Positions 37,596 through 46,556 of a DNA stretch of 46,556 nt are shown here, in pieces. Position 1 is the stretch's first letter. Each line of letters opens with the position of its first letter. Under the pieces are notes generated by a model. The model was not told the origin of the DNA, did not search any database, and was given only the letters and a program-made list of their open reading frames with translations. The position numbers were made by a program, and so were the translations under genes. The DNA comes from Actinomycetota bacterium (GTDB taxonomy: Bacteria; Actinomycetota; Acidimicrobiia; Acidimicrobiales; JACCXE01), in the NCBI GenBank assembly GCA_041166225.1, contig JBEEFT010000060.1, forward strand, positions 1 through 46,556. Direction: 5' to 3'.

Positions 37596-40500
37596 TTACG
37601 CGTTAGCGGGAGCGTCGATGGCGACGTTCTGCAGCTTCTCGGAAACAACCTTCGACGAGCCGCCGGGCTGCATCGTTACGCCGTAGAGGCAGTCGGCCGC
37701 CTCCATGGTGCGCTTCTGGTGGCTAACGATGACGAGCTGCGCTTCTTGCCGGAACTCCGCGATCAAGTCGAGGAAGCGGTGCAGGTTGACGTCGTCGAGC
37801 GCGGCCTCGACCTCGTCCATCAGATAGAAGGGCGACGGACGGCTGCGGAACACGGCGAACAGAAACGCCAGCGCCGTGAGCGAGCGCTCGCCACCGGACA
37901 GCAGCGAGAGGCGGCGCACGTTCTTGCCCGAAGGGCGGGCCTCGACCTCGATGCCGGTGTCGAGCGGATGATCGGGATCGGTGAGGCGCAGCCGCCCCGT
38001 GCCGCCCGGGAACAGTGTGGTGAACAATTTTTCGAAGTTGTCGGCGACGTCGACGTAGGCGGCCGCGAAGAGATCGATGATCTCGGCGTCGATCGCCTTG
38101 ATCACCTTGCCGAGTTCGCGACGCGAGTTCTTGACGTCTTCGAGTTGGGCTTCGAGGAACGTGTGCCGCTCCGAGAGCGCCGCGTGCTCTTCGAGGGCGA
38201 GAGGGTTGATCGGACCCATAAGGCGCAGTTCGCGTTCCAGGTCGCGGGCCCGCGCTGCGGGGTTGACGCCGGGCGCCAGGTCGGGCAGCACGGCGTCGAC
38301 CACGTCTTCGGGTTCAAGGTTGTGCTCGCGGCGCACGGTTTCGATGACGGTGTCGAGACGAACCCGCACCTCGGCCGCTTCGAGTTCCGAACGCTGCACG
38401 CGTTCACGCGTCTCGTTGAGGCGGCGCTCGGCATCGGTGCGTTCGCGCCGCAACGCCTCGAGGCGGTCGATGGTCTCGCGACGACCGGCGGCGTGGCGGT
38501 CACGCTCAGCGCGCAAGCGGTCGCGGAAACCGCTCAACCACGCGGCGCGTTCTCCCGCCTCCGACGCGATGCGCCCGGTCACCGCGATTCGGGCCTCGAT
38601 CGATTCGCGGCGGCTGGCGACCGCAGCGCGGTCACCGGCAAGGCGGGTCAGCCGTTCTTCTACATCGGCTTGACGGGTGAGCAAGCCCGTGCGCCGCGCT
38701 TCCAAAGCGCCGGCGCGTACGTCGATGTCGGCGCGCAGAGCAGCGCGCGCGTTGCGCGTCTGAACCGACGCCTCGACGCGTTGCGCCACGGCCTCGACGG
38801 GCGCGAGCGCGGCCCGGAGAGCGTTGAGGCGTTCGGTGTCTCGCTCCGTTGTGTCGACCGCTTCGGCGTGCGCCGCGATAACCGCGATCAGCTCGGCGTC
38901 TTGGCCGGCGGCCTGCGCCCGCAGCGCGTCGCGTCCGCGCTCGGCGTCGGCGGCCTGGCGGCCGGCGTCGACAAACGCGCGGCGCGCCCGCTCGAGTGCA
39001 GCTTTAGCTTCCGACGCCGTGGCGTGCGCGTCGGTGAACGACGACTCGGCGCCCCGCTCGGCGATGGCCGCCTCGTCGGCTTCGAGGGTGGCAGATTCCA
39101 GCGCCGCGCCCGTTGCGCCGACGCCACCAGCGCCTACGCGCCAGCCCGTCGACGCGAACCGATCACCGGCGCGCGTAACGGCAACAACGCCAGGATGCGC
39201 GAGCGTGAGATCGAGCGCGTCGCCCCATCCGCCGTCGACAGCCACCGCGGTAGCCAGCAGCACGTCGAGCAACCTCTCGACTTCTTCGTGACGCGACCGC
39301 ACGTGAGATCGCACCGGCTCGGCGCCGATCGCCGCAGCGGCGAGGTCGAGGCTGGCGGGCACCGAGATCGCTGATAGCGCGAGCACGGCGCCGCCGATCT
39401 CTCCTTCGCCCAGCTTCGCCAACGCGGTGCGTCCGGTGGCCTCGCCGTCGACGACTACTGCGGTAATCGCCTCGCCGAGTGCAGCTTCGAACGCGGACTG
39501 CCAGCCTTCTTCGACGTCGACGAGGTCGAGCAACGTCCCGAGCACACCTTCGACGCCGTTGAGCTGGGCCGCCCCGGCGCGGGCGCGCGCGGTGTCGAGT
39601 GCGGCCGCCAGCGCGTCGCGGCGTCCGTCGGCGCGCGCTTTGCGCTCCTGTGCCGCGCGGTGGGTTGTGAGCGCAGCTTCGCGGCGGGCGTCGCCTTCAT
39701 CGGCCACCACCTGAGCTCGCGCAACGGCAATCTCGGCGTCGGTTAGCGCCACTGCGGTGTTCGTGGCGCGTTCCTCGGCGGCGGCGAGACGCTCGTCTAA
39801 CTCGAAGCCCGCAACGCGGACGCGGTCGAGCTTGGCTGCGGCCGCTTCGGCGGCCTGCGAGGCCGAGGCCAACGCCGCCGACAGCGCCGACACCTCGCCG
39901 CGCATTTCGGCGACGCGGCGCGGCGCGTCGAGGTCGGCGTCGGAGACGTTGACGTCGTCGTCTTCGTCTAGGGCCGGGAGTTCGGCGGCGAGTGCGGCCA
40001 CGGCCGCTTCGACTTCGGCGAGTTCGGTTGCGATGCGAGCGCTGTCGGCCTCGAGCGTGGCGACGACCGTCTGGTCGATCGCAGCGGCAAGCTCGGCGAG
40101 CGCGGTACGACGACGTTCGCTCGCAGTAGTGCGAAGCGCGTTCGCCCGCTGCAGCGCGCCCTCGACTCGCAAGGCGAGGTCGGCGAGCTCGTCACCACGC
40201 GAGGCATCGAGTTCGGACTCAGACGCAACGACCAGCGCGTCGAGACGTGCCAGCTCGTCACGTAAGCCACGGTCGATGTCGCCTTGCTGGGCGCGGCTCT
40301 CATCGGCCGCCTTGAGCCGACCAGTGAGCGTGGCGACCTCGCGCCCGGCCAGAAAGATGCGCAGAGCTTCCAGTTCGGCTGCGACGTCGCCGTGGCGGCG
40401 CGCCGCGTCGGCCTGGCGCTCGAGCGGCTTTAGTTGACGGCGCACCTCACGCAACAAGTCGTTGAGGCGCACGAGGTTGCCCTCGGTGGCTTCGAGCCGG

Positions 40501-41039
40501 CGCTGCGCCTTTTCACGGCGGCGGCGGAACTTCAACACGCCGGCCGCTTCTTCGATGATCGCCCGCCGGTCTTCGGGGCGAGCGTTGAGCACCGCGTCGA
40601 GCTGACCTTGGCTCACGATCACGTGCTGCTGGCGACCGACACCGGAGTCGCTGAGCAACTCTTGGATGTCGAGCAATCGGCAGGGCACGTCGTTGATCGC
40701 GTATTCGCTCTCACCCGACGTGCGAAACAGCGTGCGCGAGATGGTGACTTCCGCGAAATCGATGGGGAGGATGCCCGCGGAGTTGTCGATGGTGAGCGCG
40801 ACTTCGGCGCGACCCAGCGACGCGCGTTTCGCTGACCCCGCGAAGATGACGTCTTCCATCTTCGTGGAGCGCACCGTGCGCGGGCCCTGGGCGCCGAGCA
40901 CCCACGCCACGGCGTCGACGACGTTGGACTTGCCACTGCCGTTCGGACCGACCACCACCGTGATGCCGGGTTCGAACACCAGGGTCGTCGAGTCGGCGAA
41001 CGACTTGAACCCCTTGAGCGTCAGCGACTTCAGAAACAC
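37596..41039 (-). CDS. smc: Chromosome segregation protein SMC
   Basis: GPNGSGKSN, coiled coils and hinge, LSGGE, DEVEAALD. Confidence 0.97.
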   Translation of the reverse strand: MFLKSLTLKGFKSFADSTTLVFEPGITVVVGPNGSGKSNVVDAVAWVLGAQGPRTVRSTKMEDVIFAGSAKRASLGRAEVALTIDNSAGILPIDFAEVTISRTLFRTSGESEYAINDVPCRLLDIQELLSDSGVGRQQHVIVSQGQLDAVLNARPEDRRAIIEEAAGVLKFRRRREKAQRRLEATEGNLVRLNDLLREVRRQLKPLERQADAARRHGDVAAELEALRIFLAGREVATLTGRLKAADESRAQQGDIDRGLRDELARLDALVVASESELDASRGDELADLALRVEGALQRANALRTTASERRRTALAELAAAIDQTVVATLEADSARIATELAEVEAAVAALAAELPALDEDDDVNVSDADLDAPRRVAEMRGEVSALSAALASASQAAEAAAAKLDRVRVAGFELDERLAAAEERATNTAVALTDAEIAVARAQVVADEGDARREAALTTHRAAQERKARADGRRDALAAALDTARARAGAAQLNGVEGVLGTLLDLVDVEEGWQSAFEAALGEAITAVVVDGEATGRTALAKLGEGEIGGAVLALSAISVPASLDLAAAAIGAEPVRSHVRSRHEEVERLLDVLLATAVAVDGGWGDALDLTLAHPGVVAVTRAGDRFASTGWRVGAGGVGATGAALESATLEADEAAIAERGAESSFTDAHATASEAKAALERARRAFVDAGRQAADAERGRDALRAQAAGQDAELIAVIAAHAEAVDTTERDTERLNALRAALAPVEAVAQRVEASVQTRNARAALRADIDVRAGALEARRTGLLTRQADVEERLTRLAGDRAAVASRRESIEARIAVTGRIASEAGERAAWLSGFRDRLRAERDRHAAGRRETIDRLEALRRERTDAERRLNETRERVQRSELEAAEVRVRLDTVIETVRREHNLEPEDVVDAVLPDLAPGVNPAARARDLERELRLMGPINPLALEEHAALSERHTFLEAQLEDVKNSRRELGKVIKAIDAEIIDLFAAAYVDVADNFEKLFTTLFPGGTGRLRLTDPDHPLDTGIEVEARPSGKNVRRLSLLSGGERSLTALAFLFAVFRSRPSPFYLMDEVEAALDDVNLHRFLDLIAEFRQEAQLVIVSHQKRTMEAADCLYGVTMQPGGSSKVVSEKLQNVAIDAPANA

Positions 41040-41051
41040 GGTGAAACCACG

Positions 41052-41924
41052 CTACCGAGCACTTCCCGCGCGTTCGCGAATGGTCGCCACGGGCTGGCAC
41101 GACGGGCAGAAATGCGTACCCCGTTGTGCCACGACGGTCTTTTCGATGACATTTCGGCACCGCGGACACGCGGCACCGGCGCGGCCGTACACCTGGTGGC
41201 GCAGCGCGAATCCGCCCGGGTTGCCGTAGGCATCGACGTAACCCTCGTCGGCAAAACTCGACCCGCGCGCCTTGATCGCGGCCGTGAGGATCCGCCGCAA
41301 CTCCTTGCGCAGCGCGGTCGCTTCTTCGACGGAGATCGACGACGCCAGCCGCTTCGGGTGCACGCGAGCGGCGAACAGCGCCTCGTCGGCGTACAGGTTG
41401 CCAACGCCGGCGATCGTGTTCTGGTCGAGCAGCGCCGCCTTCACCGTCGACGTGGTGCGCCCGCCGAGCAGACGGGCGTGAAACGCGGCCGCGGTAAGCC
41501 GGTCGTTCACGGCATCAGGCCCGAGCGCGCGCAGCGCGTGTGGGCGACCGTCGCTGTCCACGGCGTCGACGAACATTTCGCCGAACGTTCGGGGGTCGAC
41601 AAAGCGCAACTGCGTGCCGTTGTCCAGGTCGACGACGACGTGGGTGTGCTTGAGCACTTCGTCGGCCGGCCCGCCGACCCGGAGCTGTCCGCTCATGCGC
41701 AAGTGGATCACCAGCGCGTCACCGCCCTCGAGGTCGACGATCAGGAACTTGCCGTGCCGGCGAACGTCGACAAATTGGCGGGCACCCAATGCGGCGACGA
41801 AGTCGGCGTGGGGTTGGCGACGCACGGCGCGATCGTGCGTGACCGACACCGAGCCCACGACCCGTCCGCGCAGAAACGGGTCGAGGTCGCGGCGAACGGT
41901 TTCGACTTCGGGTAGTTCAGGCAT
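41052..41924 (-). CDS. mutM: Formamidopyrimidine-DNA glycosylase
   Basis: MPELPEV N-terminus, HLRMSG, GVGNLYADE, C4 zinc finger. Confidence 0.97.
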   Translation of the reverse strand: MPELPEVETVRRDLDPFLRGRVVGSVSVTHDRAVRRQPHADFVAALGARQFVDVRRHGKFLIVDLEGGDALVIHLRMSGQLRVGGPADEVLKHTHVVVDLDNGTQLRFVDPRTFGEMFVDAVDSDGRPHALRALGPDAVNDRLTAAAFHARLLGGRTTSTVKAALLDQNTIAGVGNLYADEALFAARVHPKRLASSISVEEATALRKELRRILTAAIKARGSSFADEGYVDAYGNPGGFALRHQVYGRAGAACPRCRNVIEKTVVAQRGTHFCPSCQPVATIRERAGSAR

Positions 41925-41938
41925 TGGCCTGCCGCCGG

Positions 41939-42631
41939 CTAGGCACGGAGTCGCAGCTGTTCCCACGCGGCGCGCGCGGCGGCCTGCTCGGCTTGCTTCT
42001 TGGAGCGGCCGACACCTTCGCCTTGCTGGTCGGCACCGATGAACACGCTCGCGTGGAACGTCTTGGCGTGATCAGGCCCTTCGTCTTGCAGCACGTAACG
42101 GGGCAACTCGGGGTAGTGCTGGGCCGCGAGTTCCTGCAACCGGGTCTTGTAGTCCTGTCCGCCCGGGCCGGCCGCGGCCTCTTCGATCAGCGGGCCGAGC
42201 ATGCGCATCACGAACTCAGCGGCGGCCTGCCAGCCGCCGTCGAGATAGATCGCGCCGATAACCGCCTCGAACGCGTCAGACAGGATCGACGGCTTCTCGC
42301 GTCCCCCCGACGCGTCTTCGCCCTTGCCGAGTTGCACCGCGTCACCGAGCTGGAGTTCCAAAGCGGCCTCGGCGAGAGCCTGAGCGTTGACGACCGACGA
42401 CCGCACCTTGGCCAGTTCGCCCTCGGGCAGGTTCGGATAGGTGCGATAGATGTGGTCGGTGACGACGAGCCCGAGTACCGAGTCACCCAGGAACTCGAGG
42501 CGTTCGTTCGACGCGGTGCCTTCGTTCTCGGCGCACCACGACCGATGCGCGAGCGCGGCGGTGAGGCGGTCGCGCCCGGTGAACTCGTAGCGAATGCGCT
42601 CAGCGAGCGCATCGATGGGGTCTTCGGTCAA
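41939..42631 (-). CDS. rnc: Ribonuclease III
   Basis: NERLEFLGDSVL, DAFEAVIGAIYLD, C-terminal dsRBD. Confidence 0.98.
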   Translation of the reverse strand: MTEDPIDALAERIRYEFTGRDRLTAALAHRSWCAENEGTASNERLEFLGDSVLGLVVTDHIYRTYPNLPEGELAKVRSSVVNAQALAEAALELQLGDAVQLGKGEDASGGREKPSILSDAFEAVIGAIYLDGGWQAAAEFVMRMLGPLIEEAAAGPGGQDYKTRLQELAAQHYPELPRYVLQDEGPDHAKTFHASVFIGADQQGEGVGRSKKQAEQAAARAAWEQLRLRA

Positions 42632-42918
42632 ACCAGTTTCGCCATCACGAACTCGACTGCGTCACCGACGGTCGTCAGCTCTTGCATGTCTTCGTCGTCG
42701 ATGTGGAAGCCGACGGACCTCTCGCCGAGTTCTCCTTCGAGTGCTTCGACGAACTCGAACAACGCCATGGGATCGGCGCCGAGGTCGTCGACGAACGCGG
42801 AGGTGAGCTCGACGGAATCAGGATCGATTTCGAGGATCTCGCCGAGCTGATCACGGATCAACGCAATCACCTCGTCACGTGAGAACGGAGAACGTTCGAC
42901 GTGGGTTTCTGCAGGCAT
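42628..42918 (-). CDS. acpP: Acyl carrier protein-like protein with Pro at the conserved Ser position
   Basis: FVDDLGADPMALFEFVEALE...LTTVGDAVEFV; plsX-ACP-rnc synteny; AGGAGG SD. Confidence 0.85.
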   Translation of the reverse strand: MPAETHVERSPFSRDEVIALIRDQLGEILEIDPDSVELTSAFVDDLGADPMALFEFVEALEGELGERSVGFHIDDEDMQELTTVGDAVEFVMAKLV

Positions 42919-42932
42919 ATATAGGCAACCTC

Positions 42933-43913
42933 CTACGCCGAGCGTACAGAGGCGCCTAACGCTTCGACGACGTTCGCGGCAGACAACTCGTGGGCGATGC
43001 GGACCGCGTTCACCACCGCTTTGGCCGACGACGAACCGTGGCCGATCAGAGCCAGCCCCTTCAGGCCGACCAAAGCCGCGCCGCCGGTGGAGTCGGGGTC
43101 GAGCGCGTCGGCGGTCGGAGCGAGCGCGGGCAGCAAGACGTTCCCGGCGGCCTTCGTGTCGTCGTTGGTCATGATCGCTTCGAAGACCTTGCCGATAAGG
43201 AACTTCATCGCGCCCTCGAGAGTTTTCAGAGCGACGTTGCCCGTGAAGCCGTCGGTCACCACGACGTCGACATGGTCGGTGAGGATGTCGCGGCCTTCGA
43301 CGTTGCCGACGAAGTTGATGCCCTGCGTGGCTTTCAACAGCTTGTGCGTGTCTTTGACTAGCGGCGACCCTTTGGTCTCTTCCTCGCCAATCGACAGCAG
43401 CCCGACGCGCGGGTTCTCGATCCCGAATCGGACGCGCGAGAACGCGGCGCCGAGTTGCGCGAACTGCACCAGCCAACCTGCACTGCACTCGGCGTTGGCG
43501 CCGGCGTCGAGCAGAAGCGTTGGGGTGGCGCCGGGGACAGGAATAGGTGTCGCGATCGCAGGACGGGCCACGCCCTCGAGTCGGCCGAGGCGAAACAGCG
43601 CCGAGGCCATGCCCGCGCCGGTGTTGCCGGCGGAGAACGCGGCGCACGCTTTTCCGTCGCGGACCAGCTCCATGACGCGCACGAGCGAACTGTCTTTCTT
43701 CGTGCGCACGGCGTTGCCGGGTTCATCGTCCATCGCGATCACTTCGGTGGCTTCGACGACAGGAACGTCGCCGGCATCGCCGATGGCGTCGGGGCGGCCG
43801 ACCAAGACGACAGAAAGCCCCTCCTCCATCGCCTGGCGGGCGCCAGCAACGATTTCGGACGGGGCTTTGTCGCCGCCCATCGCGTCAACCGCGACCGGCA
43901 ACGGCGAAGTCAT
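42933..43913 (-). CDS. plsX: Phosphate acyltransferase PlsX
   Basis: VAVDAMGGDKAP, SAGNTGA, LLDAGAN, DGFTGNVALK. Confidence 0.97.
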   Translation of the reverse strand: MTSPLPVAVDAMGGDKAPSEIVAGARQAMEEGLSVVLVGRPDAIGDAGDVPVVEATEVIAMDDEPGNAVRTKKDSSLVRVMELVRDGKACAAFSAGNTGAGMASALFRLGRLEGVARPAIATPIPVPGATPTLLLDAGANAECSAGWLVQFAQLGAAFSRVRFGIENPRVGLLSIGEEETKGSPLVKDTHKLLKATQGINFVGNVEGRDILTDHVDVVVTDGFTGNVALKTLEGAMKFLIGKVFEAIMTNDDTKAAGNVLLPALAPTADALDPDSTGGAALVGLKGLALIGHGSSSAKAVVNAVRIAHELSAANVVEALGASVRSA

Positions 43914-43951
43914 TGGCGGTGGGCGGTCAACCGGCGCACCTAGTTTTTTTG

Positions 43952-43975
43952 TTGAAATCTCTTACGAGATTTCAA
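43952..43975. repeat. Perfect AT-rich inverted repeat TTGAAATCTC-N4-GAGATTTCAA over the rpmF stop
   Basis: 10-bp perfect arms with a 4-nt loop; adjacent T7 run on the + strand (43944-43950). Confidence 0.75.
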
Positions 43976-44141
43976 TGGCTTGGCGGCCGTTGTACCACCC
44001 GCAGTTATTACACACGACGTGGGGGACCTTGGCCCGTCCGCACTGCGGGCACAGGCTCTTGGCCGGTGCCTCGAGCGTCCAGGCTGAGGCCCGGCGGCTG
44101 CGCGTCTTGGATTTAGAGGTCTTTTTCTTGGGGACAGCCAT
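43962..44141 (-). CDS. rpmF: 50S ribosomal protein L32 (Zn-ribbon form)
   Basis: Not in ORF track. MAVPKKKTSKSKTRSRRA...CPQCG...HVVCNNCGWY, 59 aa. Confidence 0.97.
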   Translation of the reverse strand: MAVPKKKTSKSKTRSRRASAWTLEAPAKSLCPQCGRAKVPHVVCNNCGWYNGRQAIEIS

Positions 44142-44153
44142 TGTTCAGAACTT

Positions 44154-44672
44154 TCAGTTTTTCTCGCCGAGGCCGCGCAGGGCGTCCCAACGGGGGTCTA
44201 TGTCGTCGACTACGTGGCCGCAGTCGGCGGTGTTCTTGTCGGCCCCGCACTCGGGACACAAACCCTGACAGTCCGCCATGCACAGCGGCGCCTGGGGTAA
44301 TTCGAGATACAACGCGTCACGCGCCAACGGTTCAAGGTCCAACCGATCGGCCTGAAGAGGATAGATGTCATCGGACTCAGGCGCACGTTCGAACAATTCG
44401 TGCACCTCGATCCGCAGGTCGCCCGCCGCCGGGCCCAGGCAGCGACGGCACTCGCCTTCCCACGGAGCCGTGACCACGCCCTTGAACTGGACGGTGATGT
44501 TGTCGAGCGACTCCACCACGCCCGTGACGTGCGTTTCCGCCCCGGGCCGCACATGGCTGCCGGTAACCGCAACCTCGCCGAGGGCCCCCGCCAGCGCGAC
44601 GTCGCGCTTGGACCCCGGATGCCGAAGCAACTCCGCGACAGGGACCGACCAGTGGGAAACCAGCGACGACAT
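44154..44672 (-). CDS. yceD: YceD/DUF177 family protein
   Basis: ECRRCL, PLCMADCQGLCPECG, IDPRWDAL; directly upstream of rpmF. Confidence 0.93.
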   Translation of the reverse strand: MSSLVSHWSVPVAELLRHPGSKRDVALAGALGEVAVTGSHVRPGAETHVTGVVESLDNITVQFKGVVTAPWEGECRRCLGPAAGDLRIEVHELFERAPESDDIYPLQADRLDLEPLARDALYLELPQAPLCMADCQGLCPECGADKNTADCGHVVDDIDPRWDALRGLGEKN

Positions 44673-44708
44673 GGGGCGTCGATAGTAGAGCGCTACGAGT
44701 GCGCCTCG

Positions 44709-45302
44709 TTACAGCAGGTCTTGGTCGAAGACGGTTGCTTCGCCGTCGGCGGCGTAGTCGATGTCGCCCTCCACGGCGTCGGGCAGCGGGGCCACCTGCA
44801 GCTTTTCGCGGCCGACGTGGACCGTCTTGAGCGTGCGCTGAAGCACGATCTCGAACTGAGCCAGCTTCTGATCGCAGTAGTCCTCGGCTTCGTTGCGCAG
44901 CCGGTTGGCGTCGTCGGTCGCCTTGTCGACGGTGCGCTGCGCATACACCTGCGCCTCGCGCACGATTTCAGTCTTCTGCACCATGCGCGCGGCCTGCGTG
45001 CGCGCCACCTCGACGATCTCGTCGGCCTCGCGCTGGGTGCGGGCCAAGAACTCCTCGCGCTCCTTTAACAACCACCGCGCTTCGCGCAGCTCCGTCGGAA
45101 GCCGGCTCAGCGCGTCTTCGAGCAGCTCGATGACCTCGTCCTTGTTGTTCAGCAGGTGCGAACTCGACAGCGGCATCGGCCGCGTGTTGTTGACGACGTC
45201 GATCACGCGCCGCAGCAGTACCTCGGTGGGTGGGCCGTTCACCTGGTTCGGCGGCGTCGTGTACGGCGGATCTTCTTCGTCAGGCTCGTCCCAGTCCGTC
45301 AT
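44709..45302 (-). CDS. SepIVA/DivIVA-like coiled-coil protein
   Basis: RPMPLSS, LPTELREARWLLKERE, EAEDYCDQKLAQFE; coaD-X-yceD synteny; ATGA overlap with coaD. Confidence 0.82.
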   Translation of the reverse strand: MTDWDEPDEEDPPYTTPPNQVNGPPTEVLLRRVIDVVNNTRPMPLSSSHLLNNKDEVIELLEDALSRLPTELREARWLLKEREEFLARTQREADEIVEVARTQAARMVQKTEIVREAQVYAQRTVDKATDDANRLRNEAEDYCDQKLAQFEIVLQRTLKTVHVGREKLQVAPLPDAVEGDIDYAADGEATVFDQDLL

Positions 45303-45784
45303 TGGCCGAACTTCTCCTTCAATCCGTGCATCACGGCAGAGGGAACGAAGCCGGCGACCCGGTCGACCCCACCGAGTTGCGCAATCTGGCGCACCAAGGA
45401 CGACGCGATGAAGGAGTTCGCCGAACCGCACGGGATGAACAGGGTTTCGATACCCGAGATTGCCTTATTCATCTGCGCCTGTTGCAACTCGTACTCGAAG
45501 TCCGACGCAACCCGGAGGCCCTTCACGATGACGTCGGCGCCGACGTCCTTGGCAACGTTGACGGTGAGTGTCTTCATTGACTCGACCTCGATGTTGCCGA
45601 AATGGCCGCACGTTTGCATGATCATCACGCGCCGCTCGGCGAGCGTAAATAGTGGGTCACCCTTGCCCGGGTTGCGGATCGCCGCGATCACCACACGGTC
45701 GAACAGGCGCGACGCAATCTGGATGATGTCGACGTGTCCGTTGTGCAGCGGGTCGAAGGACCCGGGGAAGAGCGCAGTTCGCAA
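45299..45784 (-). CDS. coaD: Phosphopantetheine adenylyltransferase
   Basis: FPGSFDPLHNGH, KGLRVASDFEYE, ASSLVR; TTG start with AAGGA SD. Confidence 0.97.
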   Translation of the reverse strand: MRTALFPGSFDPLHNGHVDIIQIASRLFDRVVIAAIRNPGKGDPLFTLAERRVMIMQTCGHFGNIEVESMKTLTVNVAKDVGADVIVKGLRVASDFEYELQQAQMNKAISGIETLFIPCGSANSFIASSLVRQIAQLGGVDRVAGFVPSAVMHGLKEKFGQ

Positions 45785-45792
45785 CGAAGTCC

Positions 45793-46311
45793 TTAAGTCG
45801 AGGCGCGAATGAGCGTAACAACGGTAGTGCCGTACCGGTCTGAACGGAGGAGTTCCCACCCGGCGGGTACCGCCACGGCGTTGCGCGCTTCACACACCGC
45901 ATACTCGGCCCGCAACGACGACAACAGCGCGTCCCACGCGTCCCACGTATAAGGCGGGTCGATGAACGCGATGTCGTATTCGGGCGCGCCGGCCACGAAA
46001 GACACCGCGTCGCCCCGCACAACGGTGGACTGCGGCGCGAAGCCGAGCGTCTCGACGTTGACCTCGATCGTGCGCAACGCGGCCGGCGCGTTCTCGACGA
46101 ACGTCGAGTGCGCGCCCCCCCGGCTGAGCGCTTCGATACCGAGGGCGCCGGTGCCCGCGAATAGGTCGACTACCCGCGCGTCACGCAACACGCCCAAACT
46201 GGACAGGCGATTGCCGATCGCTTCACGCACACGGCCCGTGGTCGGGCGCACGTCCAAGCCTTTTGGCGCGATTAGGCGCCGGCCCCGTGCAGTTCCCGCC
46301 ACGACTCTCAC
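45793..46311 (-). CDS. rsmD: 16S rRNA m2G966 methyltransferase
   Basis: RVVAGTARGRRL, RPTTGRVRE, DLFAGTGALG, FIDPPY. Confidence 0.95.
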   Translation of the reverse strand: MRVVAGTARGRRLIAPKGLDVRPTTGRVREAIGNRLSSLGVLRDARVVDLFAGTGALGIEALSRGGAHSTFVENAPAALRTIEVNVETLGFAPQSTVVRGDAVSFVAGAPEYDIAFIDPPYTWDAWDALLSSLRAEYAVCEARNAVAVPAGWELLRSDRYGTTVVTLIRAST

Positions 46312-46330
46312 CGAAGGCATGCTTGCAGGA
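46312..46330. promoter_or_regulatory. Probable bidirectional leaderless promoter for rsmD and the thioesterase
   Basis: CATGCT (+) lies 7 nt before ATG 46331 and AAGCAT (-) 7 nt before GTG 46311, centred on GCATGC. Confidence 0.4.
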
Positions 46331-46556
46331 ATGCCGTTCGACATTGAGATGCAGTGGTCGTTGGAGCCGCCTGGCCTCGTAGCCGTTTTCACCCCAGGGC
46401 CCCAGCATCACGGCCCCGCGGGCTCTCTGCACGGCGGCATCGCCGCGATGCTGCTCGACGAGTGCATGGGTGCGTATGGCAACGCCGTGGACAAAGTGCA
46501 CGCTGTCACCGGCACACTCAACTTGAAATACCGCAAGCCCGTCCCACTCGACGGAC
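46331..46556 (+). CDS. PaaI family hot-dog thioesterase (3'-truncated)
   Basis: Not in ORF track. MPFDIEMQW...GPAGSLHGGIAAMLLDECMG...TGTLNLKYRKPVPL. Confidence 0.85.
   Translation, partial: MPFDIEMQWSLEPPGLVAVFTPGPQHHGPAGSLHGGIAAMLLDECMGAYGNAVDKVHAVTGTLNLKYRKPVPLDG

Noticed and set aside
37596-41039. SMC as a Wadjet/MksBEF defence system
   Set aside because: Canonical smc in the rnc-mutM-smc-ftsY context with no jet/mks partners.
1-46556. tRNA/rRNA, CRISPR, IS, integrase or prophage
   Set aside because: Intergenic gaps are short (about 140 bp or less), and I saw no cloverleaf, spaced repeats or recombinase genes.

Overview
High-GC actinobacterial chromosome segment; gene content and protein features point to class Acidimicrobiia (inference). 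It is almost entirely a minus-strand block of core genes. Read right to left: rsmD-coaD-sepIVA-like-yceD-rpmF-plsX-ACP-rnc-mutM-smc-ftsY-(lipoprotein)-ffh-rpsP-khpA-rimM-(GNAT, M48-like)-trmD-rplS-lepB-DUF2469-yraN-(two small + genes, crotonase)-comM-dprA-(M23/lipase fusion, beta-propeller)-rpsB-tsf-pyrH-frr-cdsA-dxr-rip1-ispG-proS-rimP-nusA-ylxR-infB-(divergent His1 pair)-rbfA-nrnA-truB-ribF-nitronate monooxygenase. I saw no tRNA, rRNA, CRISPR array, transposase or prophage gene. Four real genes are missing from the ORF track in the right frame or strand and were read by hand: NMO, ylxR, rpmF and a PaaI thioesterase. The best leads are: (1) a head-to-head overlapping pair of exported, membrane-anchored proteins whose mature chains both start with His (candidate copper module) inserted between infB and rbfA; (2) ylxR/rnpM with no canonical start, apparently initiating at ATA within the nusA stop; (3) an acyl carrier protein with Pro in place of the phosphopantetheine Ser; (4) a degenerate-M23/lipase fusion with a beta-propeller partner; (5) SD-occluding hairpins before both yraN and comM; (6) an AT-rich perfect palindrome before plsX. 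All family assignments come from motif recognition, not database searches.
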